Positions 25,301-35,270 of a stretch of DNA of 64,000 bases are shown here, piece by piece. Numbering within the stretch: the stretch's first letter is position 1; each line of letters opens with the position of its first letter. The notes beneath the pieces were generated by a model. It saw only the letters and a list, made by a program, of their open reading frames with translations, made no database searches and was not told the DNA's origin. The stretch is from Lama glama (Eukaryota): NCBI GenBank assembly GCA_028534125.1, contig CM052816.1:53198001-53262000 (forward strand), given 5' to 3'. The translations under genes were made by a program, and so were the position numbers.

Positions 25301-27508
25301 TTTAGGAATCTCCCTATGTTTGGTGCTTCAGACATTTTAACTTCTCAGGACAATTTCAGGTCTTACAATACAGTGTAGAAAGATTTGGAATGACTGAAAT
25401 GTGTGCTTTAAAATTTTTTTTTGATGAGGGAAGCAGTTATTAGATGAAAAGTGGGAGGAGAACCCACACAGACAACTGGACCATTGGTGTGTTTTTAGAA
25501 AGAGTAGTTGTATAAAACAGGTCTTTTCAAATGTAAGTTGAGGATTTGAAACTGATTTCCTTTAAAGGACCTCTGTCTGTGTACAGAAGAGGGAAGTCTT
25601 GGAGTCACATCACAGTTGGAAGACCATTCATTCTGAACCTATTTCAGAAATTAGGTTCAGAGGTGTACTGTTCATTGGTCATACCACTAGCCCATACCAC
25701 ACTTAGAATGAGACTCAGGTGTCCTTACACTGTATCTTCTTCCCAGTCCTTCTCTCTTACAGTAATTGGTGTTTTTCTTTTTTAAAAAATGCTCAATTTA
25801 AATTAGCTTGTGAAGTCCCAACAAATTCAGTCAAGACCAAAATGTGAATAATCTGTAGTGGGGTAAGGAATATTTGGCTCTGGAATTAACCCACATAAAC
25901 TTCTAAAATCTGCAGTGTATTCTTGGGTGCTATTTATCTAGGAGCTTCACAACTGACAACTGTAGTGAGAGCATTAAGGGTGACCAACACAATATTTACA
26001 AGCAACTGGTAAGATTATGATTATTTATAATCACATCTACCAGAGTAAGTAGGTAACACACTCTTATAAAAACAAACTGAAATTAAAACACAAATTTGAT
26101 GATTCATTTTCAATTTATTTAGGAAACATTTATTGTCTACCCTGTGCCAAGAATGTACTGACTGCTAGAAATTTTAAAATTAATTTTAAACTAATTAGCT
26201 TACTGCAGGAAGTGCAAGAGTTGTTTTATTTACAATATGTAGTCCATTCTAATGCTAAATGTCTTTTAAAATGTTTCTTTCTCCATTCTACTATTCAGCG
26301 AAGTCATAAATCTCACTTTCGGAAAGCTTTCTGTGTGTTCAAACATTTTCCCATCATTTTTTTTTTTCTGCAGAATCGTGGGTTGAGAATTATAGTAGGC
26401 TCCTTTTTTTTTTTTTTTTATGGTAGGCTCCTTTTAAATTACACAACATAGTTCCAGGAAATCCAAAAATTCCCTGGAGCTATGTGGATCCAGTGGGAAA
26501 AGCATTTTCCAATTTTGAGAATTCCCAAGTGGGATTGGGAAACCAGTGACGTAGTGTCTTGCTGAGGTGAGAGTTTAAAGGACCACGGAGACTATATTAC
26601 TGTCAGAGCATTTTTCTGGTGCCATTTTGGGGGCTGGTATGGCAGTGCTCAGGGGGCAATTCTTCCCCTTTCTGAGGTGAATAGTCTAAGTTCCAGCTCC
26701 AAGGTCTCTTCTAGGATCTGTTCCTGTTTGCTCTCCTCTCTCTGCCTCTACTTTCACTGCTCTGATTATTCTCTCCAGGGACAACACCTACAGTGTGTTG
26801 GTGGGAGTGTCGGAAGTAAGAGAAGAAATGATGTCGGGATTGTGGGCCTTATTGCAAAACAGCATTGCTGGGATCCCACATCCTGTTTTGCTTAAGCTTT
26901 GGTTATTTTAACATACTCATTGCATTGACCTGGATCCTAGTCCTTGCTCTTAATCGTTAAATAGGGTATTGGGTTATTAAAATTTGCAAATGTAAATAAA
27001 GCCTACGAACTGGAGAGCAGGCTTGTTAATTAATCACTCTACCTGGTTCCATTAATCCAGTCCTGAGTGTGCTCGAGGAAATATATTTTAAAGTTTCCCT
27101 TAAAATAAATGTCATTATTTCTAATTACACTTCCTTTCACATGCAAAATTTCTTTTAAACCATTCAGTCTGTTAAGTTAGCACTTGAGGTGATGTTGGTA
27201 CTTCCTATCTCTTGTCCTGTTTGAAAAGTTCAGTGCAGCTATGAATTGTACAAGAGAAGAATTAGGAATTTGTTTTGTTCTCTTTCCTAGCTCTGTTATT
27301 CATTCTCAGCACGCCTACTCCTACCCACAAATCCAAGGCTAGTCTCTCTAAAACATATTTCTGCCTCCAGTGTACCTACTGGTTAATTTACACAGCTTTG
27401 ATTCATCATGACAGTCACATGCTTCTGACAGGGGAATACCTCCAGGCAGTCACCTGAAGACACTTTTCTGTAATAACACATATGTTTCATGATAGTGCTG
27501 TGTCTCAC

Positions 27509-27745
27509 CTTTTTCCAGGCATAAAAAATGACAGACAGAATTCTAGTTTCTTGTCTTATCCTTTTAAGATAGTTGTACTTTTTTTCATGTTTCTTTTCAT
27601 GTGTCTTAGCAACCTTGTTTTGTTTTCCTAATCTTCTCAACGTTCCTCCAGATATTTTTATTGTCCCTGTGGTCTTTTTTTTTTCTCTTCTAGTTTGTAG
27701 TACAGTAATATGTTGTTCCGGTAATATATTAGTCAAAGATGATTT
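27509..27745 (-). pseudogene. Best-preserved fossil exon (ends ...RQETRILSVIFYAWKK)
   Basis: CCCAACAG acceptor, AAG|GTGAGA donor, 237 nt, one frame open throughout (ORF 27383..27736). IL-x3-F-x2-WK matches the Sfi1 consensus core. Confidence 0.6.
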
Positions 27746-29657
27746 CTGTTGGGCCAGATAAAAATAAATAATGAATCATGAAACCTGCAGTGAAAAATGT
27801 GGAGGTTATAGGAAGAAAACTAACCAAGCAAGAATAAGCTGGCTCAAGGCTGGGTTCAGGGCTGGCTATATTTAGATCAGGGGAGTGTGTCTTTTAGTTT
27901 CCTTTCCCTGTTGCATGTTTATTCCTTCCTCCCTACCTGCAGCATCCCTTAGCCTCTCAGAAGCTCAGTATTTTCACGTCTCCCAGTTTCCAGTCAGGAA
28001 GAAAAGCACCCATGGAGAGCAGTCTCTTAGGAGTCAGCCACACTCACAGTGCCTCTCTCATCCTCAGGGTGGCCACCTGGGAGCCATTACTGTATTAGAT
28101 GACTCACCCCCAGCCATGATTGACTGGAGCAGGAGAAAATGTTGAATCCAAACTACTCATCAGATTCTTTCTCCACAAATCTAGATTGGTTTCAAAACTT
28201 CCAGTTTGATCCAAAGCTCTCCCCTTCCTCTCAGCACACACAAGGCTCATGGCCCCAGGGACGTGCATGTGAATTGGTGTGTTTGTGCATGTGAGTGATA
28301 GAGGGGAGGGCAATGTTCTCTCATAAAAGCCCACCTTCTTCCATGATGGACCCCTCTAGTATGGGGAGGGGGGAGGGGAAGGGAAGATATGTCTCGAGGT
28401 GAAGGCGTGGTCTGCACTCCAGGTGGAGCTCATTGTCTCTAAGAGACACAGGTGGAGGCACTTAAGAGATTCAAGCCCAAGCAATTCCAGGAAGAAGCCT
28501 TTGAGAGGTCTGGTGATTCCAGGCCTGAAGCCTCCCACCACACTCCTCTGCACCGGAGCCTCTCTGCTTCATGCCTCGATGGTCCTTGACAAGTCGGCCA
28601 CCTCCAGTCTTACACTCCTTCCATGGTCCCAATCCTGGGCTCTAGAGAGAGGTGAGCAGGCTCATGCTTTACCTGTGAGGAGCTGGGAAGCTGAGGGGGT
28701 GTCCACTGGCTCCTCTCCTGATCTCACCATCACACTTTTGGCTTCAGTGCTCATTCTCTTACTGGTACTTGGGGTAGATGGGCAAAACCAATGCTTACCA
28801 GCCATGCCACCAGGGACCGAGATGTCAGGCTTCTCTTTCTCCCAGACACCCACCAACTTGCAGTGGTTCTGTTGAGTTCCCCTCCCTCAGCTTTGGAGAG
28901 GAGGCTGAGCTTTCAGGGAGCATGTAGTAGAGAAGAGAATGGGGAGGTGAAGATGCTGGTGGGAAAGTAGTTAAAGTGATGAGCCACGAGACGCAGGTTG
29001 TAGAGCACTGAGTGCTTTGACCCTTGGCTGCATGTTGGATCAGTTGGGGAATTTTTCAAAATAATAATAGTTGAGTCCCTCCTGCAGATCATCTGATGTC
29101 ATTGATTAAGGCAGCTTAGTCATCCTGAACCACAAAAACTCCCCAGGTGATTCTAATATTTAGCCGAGGTTGCAAAACACCAGCTGTATGTAAGGAAAAG
29201 AAGTGAAGTTAGCTGGATTCCGATAGATTGAAATGAAAATGAAAGTTCATGGTACTGGAGATGTAGTTGGATGTCGTTGGATTGACAGAGACAGATTCAG
29301 GAGGGAGGCTGCAGGAAGTCAGGTTAAGGTAAAAAGGGGTTTCAGGCATGGCTTAGAGTGGTTGTGCTGAAGTGAAGGGTGAGGGAGGTGAGGTGGCTGG
29401 TAAGATGGGGCTGTGGGCTGGGTCACCCTCATGGATGGTTGTTATTTTCTGGGATACTGACTAGAGGCTGAAGTTGCAGAAAAAGACCTGTAAGGAGGTG
29501 TTCAAGCCCTTGCTGACCACGGTGAAGGGACCTGGGATTGACACAACAAGGATGGGAAGAGGGTGGATGTTTGGATGATATGAACCTCAAGAGAAGATGC
29601 TTTTCAGGGGTTGGGAGAGTGACGGTTGGAAGTTGCAGTGGGGAGCTTAAAAGAGCT

Positions 29658-30520
29658 GTAATTACCCCCTTCCCCTGCAGTGGAGAAGGCAGGTGCACAG
29701 GAAAACTCCGTTTTCCACCTGTGAGTCTTTCTTTCCTGTGTGTTTCCTTTACTCCTCACACAGAACGCTTCACTTCTGGTCACCAAATGTGTGGAAGATT
29801 TTCTCCACACCAGGGAATTCTCTGTGGCACCAGCCAGAGGTCCTACAATTTAATTCAGTCCTGACTCTATCCACCTGGAGATTGAGTCCCATCCCCCAGG
29901 GTGAGCGTTCAGTCCTACAAGACTGCACCCCCGCCTTCAGATGCCAGTCGTGAGTCCCGGTTTTCACCCTTGCTTCTGATGGATCAGCTACCAATCAGAG
30001 GTTCCCATGACCCCCTCCTCAGGTTGATTAATTTGCTAGTGCAGCTCACAGAAACCTGTTTACCGGTTTATTAGAGGCTATGGTAAAGGATACAGATGAA
30101 TAGCCAGATGAAAAGATACAAAGGGTGAGATCTGGAAGGGTACTGAGCATAGGCGCTTCTTTCCCCCAGAGTTGGGGTAAGTCACCCTCCCAGTGTGGAA
30201 ATACTCACCAGCTTGAAAGCTCTCTGACCCCCCTTCTATTGGGATTTTATGAAGGCTTCCTCACGTAGGCATGATTAGTTACTAACTCCACATAGAACCC
30301 CTTTCCTCTCTCTGGAGAATGTGGGAGTGGGGCTGAAAATTCCAAGCTTCTAATCATGGCTTGGTCTTTCTGGTGGCCAGTCCCTATCCAGGAACCCATC
30401 CAGAGTTGCCTCAATAGAATCAAGGATGTTCCTCATGCTCTTTTCACTTAGGAAATGATGGGGTTTCAGGAGCTCTGTGCCAGGAGCTGGGGGCAGAGAC
30501 CAATATGTGTTTTCCAGTAT
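29658..30520. mobile_element. MER21-like LTR
   Basis: cacttctggtcaccaaatgtgtg, cagaggttcccatgaccccctcct and ggagctctgtgccagga motifs. Confidence 0.7.
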
Positions 30521-33500
30521 CTCCCTGTAGGGAAATGAGCCGTTTACACTAGACAAAGCTGTAGCACAAGTGAGGTCTTGGAAAAGAGCCCAATTCTTCA
30601 ATATGATTGAGGTTTGGTCTCCAGATGGTTGGATATTTCTTGTAAAATTTTTCAGAATCGACCGATGAGATTGTGTAGTATCCATGACTCAGCCTGTGTG
30701 GTGCAGGGTCAGAGACTGGCTGCATTCTGGCTCATTTTGTTCTGGTCCTGAATATCTTTGTGTGGAGCTTGCTGTCTCTTGTTTACTCCAGGTCCCCTTT
30801 GGGCTTAAAATGGAGCTGCTTCCTACATTTATTTTGCCTACTCAGCCCCAAGACTTTTGTTTCCTTAATTTTTTAAAATTATGAAATATTCCAGAAAAAA
30901 AAAGAGTGATATAATGAATCCCCATATACCATTAGCCAGATGTGAGGATTTTTGACTTTGGGACCCTTGGGGAGATAAAAAAAGCAGCACAACCCACTTC
31001 TCTTAGCTTTTCCCTGGGTGCTACTCCACTCCCACCCCACCCTGACCTACTAGTTATTCTCTGTGTCTCTGTTATCTACTTTTCCACAAGATCACTCAAG
31101 ACATACTTGTTGAGCCCCTTATGTGTACCAGGCCCCTTTGAAGGCACTGAAGCTAGAGCAGAGAGTGAAACAAATAAGATCCCTGTCCTCAAAGGACTTA
31201 CAGCACAGGATGGAGGAGACAGACAGGACACGATCAGTCAAGCAACAGGTTATGTAAAGTGTTATGAAGGACAAAGGCAAGGCCATTTGAGCTGTCTAGT
31301 CAAGATGCAGGGATGGCGTGATTGGGATGGGTGGAGCACATTAGAGATTCAGGAGGGCCTCCCTGAGGGGGTGGCATTTGATCCAAGATGTCAGTGACAA
31401 GAAGGTGTCATCATGTGAAAATCTGGAAGGGTACCACACTCAAGGCAGGGAGAACAGCTAGTGCAAAGGCCCTGAAGTAGGAACAAGCGTAGGGGCTTTT
31501 TGAAGGACAGAAAGGTGAACAGAACGGAGATGTTTCTCAGGCCTTCCTTTGGGCACCTTAGCCCCCACTAATGCTGGGTTAAGTAGCTTTTCTCTGTGCC
31601 TCACAGCACCAACTGTGGCATGTAGTATAACACTTAATTGCTTTAGTGAGAACTTGTCTGTTTCCCTCATTGGTCCAGGGACTGATGAAAGGCAGAGTGG
31701 TATCATTCTCACCTTTGTATCTCCTAGCCCTTAGCCCAATGTCTGGCTCACAGACGGAGCTCAATAAATATTCGAAGCAGCATAAATGTGTGCATGAAGG
31801 GAAAGAGAAGATGCAGATCTGGGCATCTGGGTTCTAGACTCAAATTTGGAAGTAACAGCAACTCACAAAAAAGTTCAGCTCCTAAAATTTTCTCTACGTG
31901 TCTAGGGGAAGGAAATGAAGTATTTTTGCAGCTATTCAAGTATTTCTTTTTTTCTAGCAGGGGTCTCTCAATTATGTATGTGTTCTTTTATATTCATCAA
32001 ATATTTACTGAGCTCTTGCTACATCCAAGGTATTATTTTAGGCACACAGATATGAAAGGGAACAAAGCCAAGTCTCTGCCCTCGAGAAGCTTATATTCTA
32101 GTTTGTGGGGGAGAAGATGAAAAATCAAAATAAAGATTTTTCTTTGACAAAAAATGTATAGCAAGTGGTGACAATTGCTATTGAGTAAAGGAAGCAGAGG
32201 AAGGGGGCTAGAGAGTGTAGGGGAGGGTGCATTGCTATTGTACATGGGGTGCTAAGGGAAAATGAGTAATTTTTTTGATCCTCTGGGAATTGGATGCCAA
32301 CGAGGATGTGGAAGTGCAAGATTTGGGGCAGGGGAGGGTGGAAATGTGTGTGGAAGATGAAGGAAGAGGGAGCAGGAATGACAGGCAGAACCTTCAGATG
32401 GCCACGCAGGTCTGACACCTGTGAAAAGGGAGGAGGAGATAGGATTGGGCAGAGGTGGAAACTGAATTGTGATGAAGATGCAAACATGCCTTGGTCCACT
32501 TGGGGGTGAGTTCTGGAGAGAATATTGTCCTTTGTGGTCTTTTATCCAGAGTTGTCCTTGTCCGACCAACATACCAGGCTTTTATACCCTTGCACCAAGT
32601 GCAGGCTGGCCTATAAAAGGTGTGACTCCAAACAAAGAGGTCCTCTGCAGCTTTGACCTTGAAGATGCTGGGTTCTGTGGTTATTTAACCCACAGTTGGG
32701 CCGCCCATCCTCCCAGGAAAGGGCATCTGAGAGGCAAAGGCAGTGTCTGTGACTGGAAGCAATTGGAAAGTTTTGAATTGAGGAGGGATGTGACCCACTT
32801 AGTTTTTAAAAGAATCATCTAGGGTACCCTATGGAGAATAGGTCTAAGGGAGCCTACAGAGGAAGCAGAGAGGTAAAGAAACTTACTCTGTGGTCATCTA
32901 ACTTACTGTGTGATAATCTAAGTGAGGGATGATGGTAGTTTGGCCCAGGGAGGTAATGGTAGCAAGGAAGTGAAAAGTGGATGTGTTTTGAAGGTAGATC
33001 CAACAGGCTTTGTTGATGGACTGAAAGTGGGTGTGAGAGAAAGAGGAGAGTCGAGGATGACTCGATGATTTGAGCTTGAGCAAAATCTTAAGAATATGGA
33101 GCCACTGTGGGAGGGGCATGTTTGGGGGGTCAAGGGAAGATCAAGACCTTGTCTTCAGACAAGGGCTGTTCCTGGGACATGGAGGGCGCTGGGGGATCTT
33201 TTTAAGGGATACCTGTCTATATAAGCAATTTTATTTAAAAAACGTTTTTAATTAAAAACGTATTTAAAAATTCTTGGACCCAAGGGGACTGTAGCCATCT
33301 GCCATGTGACTTAGGATCGTGCACTGAAAAGTGGTAATTCTGCATTTGTTCCTCGTCTAATTAGTGTACGTGAAGGTGCCCATCTCCCCATCCTGAGGGC
33401 TAGGAACCATCTCTTTATTGGAAAATGTACTACTTTCATATCTTCCACTGGGAGAAAAAGATAACAATGCTGTTCTTACTGTCAATGCCATGGTTTTTTG

Positions 33501-33714
33501 GAAACTGTATGGGAACAATGAGATCTTATTTCTGTGGCTCCCTAATACCGCTGATTTCATGCTGGTTACATCAGTGCTTCCGACATTACATCATCTGCGG
33601 TGCGGTTTGTGAATACTGGCTTCAGCGACTCTCAGAGGTGACCACTGGGCTTCGAGGATGATGACTACAAGTGCGTGTCTTATGTGGGAACATTGAATGA
33701 TGATTCCTTTTGTT

Positions 33715-33908
33715 TTTGTTTTTTTTTTAACATTTTTTATTGATTTATAATCATTTTACAGTGTTGTGTCAAATTCCAGTGTTCAGCACAATTTTTCAGT
33801 CATTCCTGGACATATACACACTCATTGTCACATTTTTTTCTCTGTGAGCTACCATAACGTTTTGTGTATATTTCCTTGTGCTATACAGTATAATCTTATT
33901 TATCTAGA
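33715..33908 (-). mobile_element. Young L1 3' end (reverse)
   Basis: Poly-T then ttttattgatttataatc...ttccttgtgctatacag. Confidence 0.75.
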
Positions 33909-35164
33909 TAATTCCTTTTGTAATACGTTCACTGTTGGGAATTTTACAGTGTAAGTGGAGAGAACTGCATCTTCTCGCCACGTCATTAGGCCCTGCGCAC
34001 AGTGCCTTCACAGAACATGCTCGTTCGGTGTTGACCCCGCCGTCCACACACGGGAGGCAGTGCTAGGAGAGGCCCTTCACTCAGGAACGTCTTACATACC
34101 AACCGGGGGGATCATGATGGCACCATATCCTTCAGAGGCCAGAGGTTGCAGATGGGCATAGCCTGTTGGTTGACATTGTGGAGCAACACCTGGCAATTCC
34201 CCCAGGATGAGGCCTGGATACCGCTAGGGGATGCCTGATATGTGTGTAGGAGCCTGTGGAGGGATAGGGTGACCACTGGGTGGCAGTGATGGGGCACATC
34301 TGGGGAAGGATACTCAGGATGGAAAAACACCTGTTGGCACCCCTGCTGCCCTCTGGTGCTGTGGACCATGGGCACCGCTGAGGCTGGAAGCCCTGAAGGT
34401 GAGAACCAACCTGAGTCCCCACAGGCTGCTCAAAGCCAGGTCTGACAGTGGACTTTCAGTGGCCCAGAGCCCTGACCTTGTCCTGTGTCTGATATGAGTC
34501 ACATGGAGAACTTTATAAGGCAGCCCAGTCTCACCTGATTCTGGGACAGAGACACTGTACCTGCCAGTGGGAGCCCTCCTGTCACCAGGGTCCCCTCCTG
34601 GAACAGAGACCACCAAGAGTTCCAGGGCTTCTTGGGGGCACTTGGGGGGCACCAGGAGTCAGGTGGAAGTGGGGGAAGTGGGAAGGAGGTGTAGAGGGTC
34701 ATTGGGTGCCTAGAAAGGAAGAAATCAGGACTGGGTCCCATGATGACATATCCCCACCCCCACCTCGGATGTCACAGCTGGCCCTGAGCAGCCTCGCCAC
34801 TAAGAGGGACTTAGAAAAATTTGAAGAAGGCATCTCTGGTGACCAGAACCCACGCAGACCAGGTCCAAATTTGGGGCACTCTGCCTGGGCAACCACAGGA
34901 AAGGGCACAGGGCTTGAGGCTTGGGGTCCAGGGCAGGGACTGGCTTGGGTCTAAAGGCCAGACTGATGTCAAGTTCATGTTCTTGAGGGTGGTCCAGGCT
35001 AGAGATATAAATCTGGGGGGTCACCAAGCTTCTGAGAATGGCTTTATGGAAGGAGAGTTTGAGGCCTCTAGGTCCCAAATTCCACCACCTTATTATAAAA
35101 TGTGAGAAGACAGTCCTCTCCTTCCTCGGTAGACGAAGAACCCTAAACAAGAATTACCCACTTG

Positions 35165-35270
35165 AGGGGTGTGTGTGGTGGAGCTCAGTGGAAGAGCACA
35201 TGCTTAGCATGCACAGCATGCACAAGGTTCTGGGTTCAATCCCCAGTGCCTCCACTAAAGAAAAAAAAAA
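35165..35270 (+). mobile_element. Vic-1-like SINE with internal agcatgcac duplication
   Basis: SINE consensus; TSD aagaattacccacttga / aagaattatccatttga. Confidence 0.8.

Noticed and set aside
28399..28875. 158-aa plus-strand ORF with a hydrophobic stretch
   Set aside because: GTG start, no homology recognised; better explained as the antisense of fossil exons.
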